This document shows positions 1 to 9,107 of a DNA stretch of 53,725 bases, piece by piece. Source of the DNA: an uncultured Clostridia bacterium (GTDB taxonomy: Bacteria > Bacillota > Clostridia > TANB77 > CAG-508); assembly GCA_944388985.1 (NCBI GenBank), contig CALXKT010000001.1:1-53725 (forward strand), written 5' to 3'. Under the pieces are notes generated by a model that had not been told where the DNA came from, did no database searches, and saw only the letters and a list, made by a program, of their open reading frames with translations. Positions within the stretch are counted from its first letter, which is position 1; each line of letters starts with the position of its first letter. The position numbers and the translations under genes are program-made.

Positions 1-314
1 AAAACCATTACAGTTCTAGTGATATATGTTTTGGTTGCGGGGTAAGACTTTGGACTACGTGCCTTCGGGTTATGAGAGAGGAAATGCTTTTTTCGTTTTT
101 TATATTACATTTAAAAATGTAATATTTTATATGATTACAACATAACACTCTTTTTATTATTTATTATTACTTCTATTATTTTTAGGTTGGTATGGATATT
201 ATACTTTACAAATTCATCTAAAATATTGCTTAAGTTATAAAGAATTTGTAACAAGCATCTTTTACTATCTTCCATTTTTCTTTCTAATTTGCATTAAATA
301 GAATCTTTTACTTT

Positions 315-2105
315 TTATTCATCACTCTTCTCCTTTTTTTCAAGAGAAGTGCCAAAATAATTAACTACATCTTCCGAATTTCTGTCTGTAATTTTCTTTC
401 CAGTACACCTTTCAATTCCGTTCAAAATTTTTATTGCCCTGTCTATAATAAAATCTTCAAAATTATTATTATCTAATAAATCTGCATTTATCATATGTGA
501 AGAAATATAATATTTTAAGTCTTCCTTAGAAATATCTTTATTTCTAACAATTTTATTCATATAATCATTTGGTGATGTTCCGCCAATATATCTATTAGTT
601 GAAAAAAAGAGCGGTGTTTTATTTATTATAGAATTCCATTTCTTTTTGTCATAATTCATGTTGATACAATACTCTTGTGGAAAAATATGATGAACATCAC
701 TTCTTTCATCTAAATATGTTTGTACTCTCATTTCCATTCCATTTATCCAGTCGTATGCTCTATTACTCAATATTAAAGCCATTATTCCTTTATAAGCTGC
801 ACTATTTTTAGTTTGTAATCCTAATAGTCTCATTGTGTTAAAATTACAATCATTTATTGTTTTAGGCAACTCTTCTTTGCCTTTAATCCAATCATATACT
901 TGTTTTACATCTAAAGCATATCTAGTTTCATTTGCTCCACCATATAGTTCTCCAAATACTCCACACCAAAACCATTGCTTTATTTTTTCTTTTACTGATG
1001 AATTTTCAAATTCTTTATCTAATAAAGTACAAATTACCGCTAGTGGAATAAGTTGAGTTGAATATGGAATATCATATACAGAATATATATTCATTTCAAC
1101 TAATAATTTATAAGCCTTTTTAAATCCATTTATTAAATCCTCTTCATTTTTCTCATAATCTCTATAATCTAGATTTAATACATCTTTTCTTTTACAACTA
1201 ACAGTTATATTCTTTCGCATTGCTATTAAAAGTGTCATAGCAATTAAAAATGAAGTATTATCAAATTTTTTCAATGTTTCATATTGTTCAAAAATTTCTT
1301 TAACTTTATTCCAATGTTCTTTTAAGTCAAAATTATCTGCTGCAAAAGTCGCTGTTAATAACTCAAATACAGTTAATGGAACTCCACCTTGGTTTACATT
1401 TTCAAATACTTGACATACAGCCTCTTTAGGTGCTTCTTTTAGCACTTTAATAATAGGTATTCTATAATTTAATATAGGTTGTATTATATTAGTATCTATC
1501 TGTTGATATTCTTTAATAATATTGGGTTCAAAATTGTAATACTCTTGATATTTATTTCTCCAGTCATTAATTTCATTAGCTATTGTCATTTTATTAAATG
1601 GTATCATTTTATTTTTAAATTCTAATTCTTCCGTTGATAAATCTAGTAAAACATCTCTTCCTATATTTCCTCTTATTTGTTTATTTTCATCTACAGAAAT
1701 TATCGCGTCTATTCTATCAGTGGTAGTATTTAATGCTTTTTCTATATCAAGATAGTAAAACCTTTTTATTGCTTTCTTTTGATCTGACCAAGTACTAACA
1801 GCATTTTTTGATCTCATTGCTTGAAATGTTGATGTCATTCTCTGTTGTCCATCTAATATCATACTCTCTGGATTTTTATATTCATCTCCGCTACCTTCTA
1901 TATTTTTACATTTAAAACGAAAATCCCCGCCAGACTCTAATAGCATAATAGCTCCTACTGGATATTTCAGAGTTAAACTTGCTAATAATGCTTTTATTCT
2001 ATTGTCTTCCCATACCCATCCTCTTTGAAAATCTGGAAGTTGTATATCATGGTTTTCTACTTTATCTAATAAAGTTGATAAAAGTTCATCATCCGACTTA
2101 AACAT
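315..2105 (-). CDS. GmrSD-family (type IV, modification-dependent) restriction endonuclease-like protein; DUF262 N-domain plus DUF1524 His-Me-finger C-domain
   Basis: ORF 315-2123. N-terminal DUF262 signatures LPDFQRGWVWE and LDGQQRMTS. C-terminal DVHHIFPQEY...NSIINKTPL (DUF1524/HNH-like). The likely start is the ATG at 2105, 6 nt after GGAGG; the track start at 2123 is a TTG. Confidence 0.8.
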   Translation of the reverse strand: MFKSDDELLSTLLDKVENHDIQLPDFQRGWVWEDNRIKALLASLTLKYPVGAIMLLESGGDFRFKCKNIEGSGDEYKNPESMILDGQQRMTSTFQAMRSKNAVSTWSDQKKAIKRFYYLDIEKALNTTTDRIDAIISVDENKQIRGNIGRDVLLDLSTEELEFKNKMIPFNKMTIANEINDWRNKYQEYYNFEPNIIKEYQQIDTNIIQPILNYRIPIIKVLKEAPKEAVCQVFENVNQGGVPLTVFELLTATFAADNFDLKEHWNKVKEIFEQYETLKKFDNTSFLIAMTLLIAMRKNITVSCKRKDVLNLDYRDYEKNEEDLINGFKKAYKLLVEMNIYSVYDIPYSTQLIPLAVICTLLDKEFENSSVKEKIKQWFWCGVFGELYGGANETRYALDVKQVYDWIKGKEELPKTINDCNFNTMRLLGLQTKNSAAYKGIMALILSNRAYDWINGMEMRVQTYLDERSDVHHIFPQEYCINMNYDKKKWNSIINKTPLFFSTNRYIGGTSPNDYMNKIVRNKDISKEDLKYYISSHMINADLLDNNNFEDFIIDRAIKILNGIERCTGKKITDRNSEDVVNYFGTSLEKKEKSDE

Positions 2106-2324
2106 ATTATACCTCCAAGCCAACTAACAAAAATTATTTATTTCAAGAAATATTGTATCATAAATCAACAATTTATTCCATATTTTACTATTAATTCTAT
2201 TATATCACTTATTTTTATATGTAATTATTTTATAAGAGAGCCATTTGCTATCTTTATATCTATCTTCCGAATGTCCAAATTTATCATCATACATAAAATT
2301 CTCAATATTCACCACTAATTTCAC

Positions 2325-3779
2325 CTATCCCCCAAGTTCCAACTCATCAACATCCATTATCTTACCCGTCAAATAATAATGGTAAGCGAGTTTCGCAGGC
2401 AACATCCTCACTTGAATATTTTCAAGTCCAATGCCCTTTAGCATGTCTAGCGAAACCTCTCCTTTCGGGATAACCTCTTCTTTTTCTGTGGGCATTAAGA
2501 AACAGTTTTTTATGCATTGTATCTCATGGTCTGCTAAAAAATCTTTGTAAGCAAGCTGATATAAATATTGCTTTGTGATAGAATCTATGCCCGGAACGCC
2601 TCTTATTACTCCGCCTTCTTCCAATACCGTATTGTAATATTTAGCGTCGAAGATGATAAATTGGCACCTGCCATTCTTTTCATAAATGGATATAATATCT
2701 GGAAGCAATGTATCCGATGACCTTGCGTTCGGCACACTCCATAAAGGCTTTTCAATAATGTCTACCAATTTGTCCGTTTTATCATATTTTGCTTTCAGCT
2801 CCGTAGGCAATTCTAGCTTTGCAAGAGGCGTGTTTAATTTATTATCTAAAATAGCTGCACAAACCTTTTCCCAAACAAGATGAAACGCATTCGTTCCAAA
2901 CATTGAAAAGCATTCCAAATCATATAAATGTCCATTTTTATTTACATATGCATACATTGCTTTTAATAAAAGTTGCTTTCTTGTATTGAATTGTACATTT
3001 AATTCATTTTCGATGCGATACAGAATATATTCCGTGTCTCCCAAACTATCTATCTTTTCATCCGACAGCTCTACCTCTGTTATTTCGAACAAATCTAATA
3101 AATCTGCCTTTTCTAATTCCTTTGAAATTTCTGATAAAATAATTTCGTGCAGTTTTTTGAAAAAATCCATTTGATTTTCCACATTCTTCTTTGTTTTGAG
3201 CTCTAGGTAGTATGGTTTATTATTTTGTAATAACGCAAATATTTCATTAATCGTTTTATCCCAAAATATTTCTCCTTCTCCATTTGTTTCGAGAATATCA
3301 TTGGTGTTTGTATATAATCCATACTCGTAATAATCCTTAAGCAAAAACAATTGTAGCGCTAATAAATTAAATTCTCTTGTGTCACTGTCTCCATTATACA
3401 TATGGATTATTTGCTCTTTCGAATTATATTTTTCAAGCACCTTGATAATCTGCTTTAATTCCTTTTTTGGCTCTTGATTGCTTAATATATATTTTGGATA
3501 ACATTTTAGCACTTTATCTGCAATAATAATGACTCCTACAAATGTAAATACATAGTAACAATCCTCATTATCCATGTCAATTGGCATAGCTTCAATATCC
3601 GCTTCCAACAAATCGCTCCTGTTTTTTTGAGCATCATTGGCTTTTACCAGTTTTACGATGCCATACTCTTTTAGCTTTCTTAAAAGTGCCAATAATGTTT
3701 CCTCAGATTTTTCTTCTAATAATTCTCCTAACTCTCTTTGTGTATATCTTTTCTGTTCCTGTATATATTTCGATAACAT
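2325..3779 (-). CDS. McrC-like PD-(D/E)xK nuclease subunit (LlaJI.R2-like)
   Basis: 484 aa. The C-terminal nuclease motif FIIFDAKYY followed by ITKQYLYQ is as in McrC. It lies immediately downstream of the McrB-like gene, with the SD GGAGG overlapping the upstream stop, which suggests translational coupling. Confidence 0.75.
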   Translation of the reverse strand: MLSKYIQEQKRYTQRELGELLEEKSEETLLALLRKLKEYGIVKLVKANDAQKNRSDLLEADIEAMPIDMDNEDCYYVFTFVGVIIIADKVLKCYPKYILSNQEPKKELKQIIKVLEKYNSKEQIIHMYNGDSDTREFNLLALQLFLLKDYYEYGLYTNTNDILETNGEGEIFWDKTINEIFALLQNNKPYYLELKTKKNVENQMDFFKKLHEIILSEISKELEKADLLDLFEITEVELSDEKIDSLGDTEYILYRIENELNVQFNTRKQLLLKAMYAYVNKNGHLYDLECFSMFGTNAFHLVWEKVCAAILDNKLNTPLAKLELPTELKAKYDKTDKLVDIIEKPLWSVPNARSSDTLLPDIISIYEKNGRCQFIIFDAKYYNTVLEEGGVIRGVPGIDSITKQYLYQLAYKDFLADHEIQCIKNCFLMPTEKEEVIPKGEVSLDMLKGIGLENIQVRMLPAKLAYHYYLTGKIMDVDELELGG

Positions 3780-3791
3780 TCATTATCCTCC

Positions 3792-5393
3792 TTAAGCAAT
3801 ATCTCTATCAAATTCTTTGCTGATATCGATATCAAATACATATACACCTTTTTCGTCAAAATCCTTACATAGCGACGAATACCTTATATTATCATCATTT
3901 GTTGCAAATAAAGCTTTTCTTTTTTGTTTTGCAGCATCTTCAAATAGATACATAAGTACTTTGCTTTTGAAAACTTGTATAAATAGTTCATCACTTTCTA
4001 ATGCTTTTGTAGCGATAAAATAAGGGCCAAGCAATTTATCTTCATTAATTTTTAGGGAACTCAGCTTATTGTTGATTGCTTTTCTTAACTTGTTCCATTC
4101 TACATTACGCTTAAACTCTCCCTTTCCAAGCACAACATATTTGCTGGCTATTCCTTCTTCTTTTTCATCTATTCCTAAGTAATCAAAATTCCATCTTCTT
4201 TTAAATGCAGTGTCCATTGGAAATACTCCTTGGTCGGCACTATTCATGGTCGCCCAAATAAACATATTGTCTGGAATAGCTATCTTTTTGTAATCTTCTG
4301 GACTTCCTCCTAATTCTTGTGCCAAATACTTTTTCATATCTTCTGAAGCTTCGATAGGATACTCGCTTACATGATTCTCATCACGGTCTAATAATTGGAA
4401 GATGTCGCCAAAGACAGCAGCCACATTTGCTCTATTAATTTCTTCTATCATTAATAAATATGGCTTAATATGATTCGTTCTGCTATTTTTTATAGCCTCC
4501 ACATAGATGCGCATAAATGGTCCTGGCACGTATTGATAGGTTATGCCTTCTTCCTCTCCCTTTTTATAAGGTACCGGTTTATAGGTTCCTACAAAATTTG
4601 CATAAGAATAATCTGGATGGAAAGTAACACGCTCATAGTTTTCTTCGTTTCCATCTTTTAATAATATTTTACGGTCTTCATTTAATCTATAGCTCTTTCC
4701 TGTTCCAGGTGCTCCAAAAACAATACGATTTCGACTAAATTCACTGACATATCCTGTTTTATAATTTGGGGCTATTCCCTCATAAAGCAATTCATCAACA
4801 TGTACAAGCGTATTGGTTGGCTTTTCATAGAATTTATTATTTAATTCTTGTAAGTTGTCATTCACATCATCTGGTAATATTCCATAGTATTCATACTCAA
4901 ACAGCTCTTTTTTCTTTAAGATAATTAAATATGCACCAACATGTAGCATCTTTCTAAATTTTATAAAATTATCGTCATCATAAGTTGGTAATGACATTTG
5001 AATTTGGTCTGCTTGTCCTGCTCTTTTACTTCTTACAATGGATACATAGGTTTTTAATTTTCCACTTTGAAATTCCATTTCCTCTGTTAGCACATCATGG
5101 TTTATATATTTTAGATTGCTTTCTGTTAACATCACAGGTATTTGCATAATAAAATATTTCTTCCTATTTTGCAAATTATGTATAAAGTAACCATCTGACC
5201 TAAAATATGGGAATATATCCATCTGGTCCCCGGTAATCGCAATATGGGTTTGGTTTGTTGTCCTATTAGCATCTAGTGTATTGCTTGCTTCCAATTTCTT
5301 TACTATTAATCCATCATAATCTGCTGGATTAATATCCGTTCCTAAATCTTTTAGTAGCTCTTTTACAGAATTAATTGCTTCCTCAAAATTCAT
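3792..5393 (-). CDS. McrB-like AAA+ GTPase restriction subunit with a distinct N-terminal DNA-binding domain (LlaJI.R1-like)
   Basis: Walker A GAPGTGKSY, Walker B LLMIEEINRANVAAVFGD, McrB signatures WATMNSADQG and FKRRWNF. About 220 aa of N-terminal domain are not assignable by eye. Confidence 0.8.
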   Translation of the reverse strand: MNFEEAINSVKELLKDLGTDINPADYDGLIVKKLEASNTLDANRTTNQTHIAITGDQMDIFPYFRSDGYFIHNLQNRKKYFIMQIPVMLTESNLKYINHDVLTEEMEFQSGKLKTYVSIVRSKRAGQADQIQMSLPTYDDDNFIKFRKMLHVGAYLIILKKKELFEYEYYGILPDDVNDNLQELNNKFYEKPTNTLVHVDELLYEGIAPNYKTGYVSEFSRNRIVFGAPGTGKSYRLNEDRKILLKDGNEENYERVTFHPDYSYANFVGTYKPVPYKKGEEEGITYQYVPGPFMRIYVEAIKNSRTNHIKPYLLMIEEINRANVAAVFGDIFQLLDRDENHVSEYPIEASEDMKKYLAQELGGSPEDYKKIAIPDNMFIWATMNSADQGVFPMDTAFKRRWNFDYLGIDEKEEGIASKYVVLGKGEFKRNVEWNKLRKAINNKLSSLKINEDKLLGPYFIATKALESDELFIQVFKSKVLMYLFEDAAKQKRKALFATNDDNIRYSSLCKDFDEKGVYVFDIDISKEFDRDIA

Positions 5394-5453
5394 AATTTAT
5401 CACATTCCTTTCTAGATTGTTTTAAATCCTTATCTTTATATCATAATTTTTAT

Positions 5454-5598
5454 TGCTTCTGTGGGCCGTCTTTTTTTCTTTTAGTTGGAGACTTAAGGTG
5501 GGGACCGACAAGTTTACAAACTGTTAAGCGAAGCTTGTACAGTTTGTACGCAGTTGGGGGTCGTAAACTAAAAGAAAAAAAGACGGTCTGCAGAAGCA
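5454..5598 (+). ncRNA. Unclassified structured hairpin element, copy 1 (invariant core in a copy-specific 33-bp closing stem); strand and RNA-versus-DNA role uncertain
   Basis: 5454-5486 pairs with 5566-5598 (30 Watson-Crick plus 3 G:T, no bulges). Core blocks are CTTAAGGTGGGGACCGACAAG (5492-5512) and ACAGTTTGTACGCAGTTGGGGG (5539-5560). Inner stem is TACAAACTGT/ACAGTTTGTA. No ORF. The same architecture occurs at 24395-24550 and 49679-49882. Confidence 0.45.
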
Positions 5599-5609
5599 TA
5601 ATCCCATAA

Positions 5610-7061
5610 TTATTCAATATTTTGCTCCTCTTCTAAACAACGTTTAATAACCTGTGCAATTGTTTTACTTAATAATGGCGGTACAGAATTTCCTATTTGC
5701 ATATAGGTTTTTGTGTAAGAGCCTCTAAAGAAATAATCATCTGGATAGGATTGCACTCTTGCGGCTTCCCTTGGCGTTAGCCCTCTAGCTTGTGTTGGGT
5801 GAATATACATGTTGCAATCAAATTTCATATGTGCTGTAATTGTTTTGCAAACCTTATTCTCCTCTAGCTTAAAATATTTATCTTTAAAAATATCGTTTCT
5901 ATTTTTATATGGCATAATATCTGCTATCTTAGGATCATCCGATTTATCTCCTTGTTTTAGTCTCCTAAAAATTTCGATATCCCTTTCATTATTATACCTA
6001 GCCTTATGATTAAAAATCAAGCCACAGGTTTTGTTTTGATTGATAATACTTATATACTCATTTTGATTTTGCCTATTATTTTTTTCAATTTTCTTTCCGG
6101 AATCGATTGTATCTCTTTCTGTTGCATTTTTTTCTTGTAGTGCTTTTAACTCTCTAAGCCCATATAACGCATCTTTTAAAACAAATTTCGGTATTGTTAG
6201 AGCTGTTTCTTCAATTTGCTTAAAGATTTCTTCATTATCGTATCCTACATTATTTCCGATAAATATTAATCTTTCTCTATTTTGTGGCACGCCATAATCT
6301 TTTGCATTTAGAATTTTGCAAGATACAGTGTAGCCAATTTTCTCAAAATCTTCTATTATTTGGTTTGCCACTGAATACATGCCTTTTACATTTTCCATTA
6401 CAAAAAATTTAGGTTTTACTAAATCTACCACTTTCACATAACTTTTATATAATTTATTTCTTGGGTCATCGATTACTCGTTGGCGATTCGCCATGCTAAA
6501 TCCTTGGCAAGGTGGTCCTCCCACTACGATATCAATTTTGTCAAATCTTTTTAATTCGTTTATCTTATCCATAATGTTATTAATATCGTCGCAAACTATA
6601 TTTTCTCTTGGTATTTCTGGATGATTATGGGAATAGGTGTCCACACAGCATTCTTCTATATCGTTTGCAAAAGCCACCTTAAACCCAGCCTGCACAAACC
6701 CTAAGGATAATCCTCCTGCTCCGCAGAATAAATCAATTAATGTTGGTGCATCATTTTCTACCTTATTATTTCTATTTTGTATATTGTAATTGCAATATTT
6801 CGCCACTGGACATTCGGCACATTTTTCTTCTTGACAAAATTTTTTATATAGCCATGTTAATTTATTTTCTTTTTCGTCAAATTCATACTCTCTAAAATAT
6901 TGCATTCTTTCCTTTAAATAAGCATTTGTGTTCTCTGCGCATAAATAATTTAATGCATTAAAAGCATATTCTTGGTTTGGATATTCCTCTTCATATAATT
7001 CGGAAAGAATACTACAAATTTCTTTTGCATCATTTTCATACTTTTTCGTTGTTTTAGTCAT
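5610..7061 (-). CDS. DNA (cytosine-5) methyltransferase with a Cys-rich N-terminal extension of about 100 aa
   Basis: Motif I DLFCGAGG, motif IV GGPPCQGFS, motif VI ENVKGM, motif VIII QNRERLIFIG, motif X GNSVPP. An 8-nt overlap with the upstream MTase gene (ATGACTAA) suggests translational coupling. Confidence 0.9.
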   Translation of the reverse strand: MTKTTKKYENDAKEICSILSELYEEEYPNQEYAFNALNYLCAENTNAYLKERMQYFREYEFDEKENKLTWLYKKFCQEEKCAECPVAKYCNYNIQNRNNKVENDAPTLIDLFCGAGGLSLGFVQAGFKVAFANDIEECCVDTYSHNHPEIPRENIVCDDINNIMDKINELKRFDKIDIVVGGPPCQGFSMANRQRVIDDPRNKLYKSYVKVVDLVKPKFFVMENVKGMYSVANQIIEDFEKIGYTVSCKILNAKDYGVPQNRERLIFIGNNVGYDNEEIFKQIEETALTIPKFVLKDALYGLRELKALQEKNATERDTIDSGKKIEKNNRQNQNEYISIINQNKTCGLIFNHKARYNNERDIEIFRRLKQGDKSDDPKIADIMPYKNRNDIFKDKYFKLEENKVCKTITAHMKFDCNMYIHPTQARGLTPREAARVQSYPDDYFFRGSYTKTYMQIGNSVPPLLSKTIAQVIKRCLEEEQNIE

Positions 7062-7992
7062 TCTGCCACTCTCCTAAATTTTCTAATGTATTCTTAATTT
7101 GGGTTGCTACAGCGTATGAAACATTGACTGTTACGGCATTCCCAAATTGCTTATAGGCTTGTGTGTCTGATACCGGAATCACAAAATCATCGCTAAAGCC
7201 TTGTAATCTTGCACATTCTCTTGGCGTCAATCTTCGTATTCTATTTCCTTGTGTTACATAATTGTCTTGACAAGCACGATGCATTTTTGCCATTGTAGCA
7301 CATAAAGGTCTTGCTATTTTTAAATCTATCTCCGATTTTGCGTTATATCCACCGGTTCCATTGGATAAGATGGTAGGTATAATTTTATCGGATAAGAAAT
7401 ATTTTTCCTCTACATTTTCTTCTAGCAAATCTTGAAGTGTCAAGTTTAATTCTTGCTTTTCTGGAAATTCAAATTCCACGTTTTGATTGTCAAAACATAC
7501 AATGTACGTTCTATTCCTTGTTTGTGGAACCCCATAATCTGCCGAGTTTAATACATCTGTAAATACTTTATATTGCAAATCTTTTTCTAAAATTCTTTTT
7601 ATTGTTTTAAAGGTTCTTCCCTTGTCATGCGTTTTTAAGGAACGTACATTTTCCAAAACAACAACTTTTGGTTTTTCGTTTTGGTCTATTTTATATTTTA
7701 TGATTTCTGCTATTTTAAAAAACAAGGTTCCTCTAGCATCCTCAAATCCTTTTTCTTCTCCCATAATGCTAAATGGTTGGCATGGGAAACCTCCTATTAT
7801 CATATCAAATTCTGGTAATTCGTTTAAATTAACTTTATTAATATCCTGTAATACAATATTATCTCCGAAATTGGCTTTATATGTTTCTACAGCATATTTG
7901 TCAAAATCATTTGCCCATGTAATATGATACCCTGCTTGTAAAAAGCCTTGGTCTAGTCCTCCGCATCCACTAAATAACGATAATATTTTCAT
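7054..7992 (-). CDS. DNA (cytosine-5) methyltransferase
   Basis: Motif I LFSGCGG, motif IV GGFPCQPFS, motif VI LENVRSL, motif VIII QTRNRTYIV, motif X GNAVTVNV. SD AGGAGA lies 7 nt upstream of the ATG. Confidence 0.9.
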   Translation of the reverse strand: MKILSLFSGCGGLDQGFLQAGYHITWANDFDKYAVETYKANFGDNIVLQDINKVNLNELPEFDMIIGGFPCQPFSIMGEEKGFEDARGTLFFKIAEIIKYKIDQNEKPKVVVLENVRSLKTHDKGRTFKTIKRILEKDLQYKVFTDVLNSADYGVPQTRNRTYIVCFDNQNVEFEFPEKQELNLTLQDLLEENVEEKYFLSDKIIPTILSNGTGGYNAKSEIDLKIARPLCATMAKMHRACQDNYVTQGNRIRRLTPRECARLQGFSDDFVIPVSDTQAYKQFGNAVTVNVSYAVATQIKNTLENLGEWQND

Positions 7993-8029
7993 CTGTGTCT
8001 CTCCTATCTTTCATATCGCACTTTTTTCT

Positions 8030-8947
8030 TTAAAAAAGATATTTTTTTATAAATTTTCTCACTGTGTGCCAGTATTTTTCTGGGTTTATCCATTGTGCTT
8101 CTGCATGCCCTGCCCCCTTAATTACAAGCTTTTCTTTTTTGCTACCTCCTGCTTCATACAACTTATCTAACATGTAGAATGGTACAAAATTATCTTTATC
8201 GCCATGAATAAAAAGTATTGGTAGCTTTGATTTTTTTAATTGTTTTATGCAAGACGCTTTTTTTAAGGAGTATCCTGCTCTAATTCTTGTGATAAAATTT
8301 GCGTTATAAATGGCAGGGAATGTTGGCATTTTAAATAAATATTTCAATTCATGCGCCATCTCGTCCCATGCAGATGTGTATCCACAATCTTCTATCACCA
8401 TTCTTACATTACTTGGTAATTTTTCTCCGCTCGTCATCATCACAGTTGCAGCTCCCATGGAAATGCCATAAAGAATTATTTTGATGTTTCCATAAGTGGC
8501 AATTAGGTAGTCTATCCATAAAACAATATCCTCTTTATCGAGCCAGCCCATGCCAATGTATTTGCCACCACTTTTTCCATGTGCACGCAAATCTGGCATT
8601 AGTACATTGTATCCATAGTTTAAAAACTGTTTTGCGGAATTTACCATAAAGCTTGCAGAATCTGTATAGCCATGAACAGCAATCACCCAAATTTTGCTTT
8701 CTTTTTTGTTTTTTACTTCATAACTATGTAATTGTATTTTTTTACTTTCTATTTCTACTTCTCTTGCATTTTCTTTAAGCCACTTTTCATTTTCCATTCT
8801 TCTTTGTTCTTTTTCTTCATCAAACCCGCTTTGAAAAATGATTGCTTTTGAAGATTTTGGGTTTAACGCCAAATTAAATAAAAAGTTGCCTGTAATAAAA
8901 CCTGTGACTACTGCAAGAATCATCAAAAAGACTAACATTATAATCAT
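8030..8947 (-). CDS. Membrane-anchored alpha/beta hydrolase (S9/BAAT-like serine hydrolase)
   Basis: N-terminal TM helix, nucleophile elbow GISMGA, HGDKDNFVP and GAGHAE triad-like residues. Confidence 0.7.
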   Translation of the reverse strand: MIIMLVFLMILAVVTGFITGNFLFNLALNPKSSKAIIFQSGFDEEKEQRRMENEKWLKENAREVEIESKKIQLHSYEVKNKKESKIWVIAVHGYTDSASFMVNSAKQFLNYGYNVLMPDLRAHGKSGGKYIGMGWLDKEDIVLWIDYLIATYGNIKIILYGISMGAATVMMTSGEKLPSNVRMVIEDCGYTSAWDEMAHELKYLFKMPTFPAIYNANFITRIRAGYSLKKASCIKQLKKSKLPILFIHGDKDNFVPFYMLDKLYEAGGSKKEKLVIKGAGHAEAQWINPEKYWHTVRKFIKKYLF

Positions 8948-9044
8948 GTTTTTCCTTCCTTACTTTTCGATTTTTTATGCATATTAACTTTGTTCTATTA
9001 TATCATTCGCTTTCGTTTGTTGCAATCTAAAAATTTATTTTTTT

Positions 9045-9103
9045 GAAACAAGGGGACACACAATTCGTTTCATTTTTGAAACAAATTGTGTGTCCCCAAT
9101 TGC
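9045..9103. repeat. GGGAC-core palindromic repeat, subfamily C (GAAACAAGGGGACACACAATTCGTTTC and its inverted partner)
   Basis: 9045-9071 and 9078-9097 are inverted copies (GGGGACACACAATT / AATTGTGTGTCCCC). A near-identical unit occurs at 36421-36480. It sits between the adhE stop and the hydrolase start. Confidence 0.8.
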
Positions 9104-9107
9104 TCAT

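Noticed and set aside
1-125. Possible 3' end of a structured RNA or gene at the window edge (GGTTGCGGGGTAAGAC...GCCTTCGGGT with a UUCG-type loop, then the AT-rich hairpin ATATTACATTT/AAATGTAATAT at 102-125)
   Set aside because: It is truncated by the window. It does not match the tRNA, tmRNA, RNase P, SRP or group II intron ends that I can recall. The evidence is insufficient for any call.
2205-2324. 39-codon ORF starting at a GTG immediately after the McrC-like stop codon (…MYDDKFGHSEDRYKDSKWLSYKIITYKNK)
   Set aside because: It has no recognisable motif and only a weak SD. It is easily produced by chance at this length. It is kept only as a note in case small-protein data exist.
5487-5565. 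Hairpin-element core as a known riboswitch, ribozyme or 6S RNA (c-di-GMP-II ACCGAC, yybP GGGGAGUA, twister CGGUCCC, 6S-like rod with central bubble)
   Set aside because: Only short word matches are present, and in the wrong order or position. The elements are not in 5' leaders of a consistent gene class. Three copies with an identical bubble in 53 kb do not fit 6S. The resemblance to a rod with an internal loop is architectural only.
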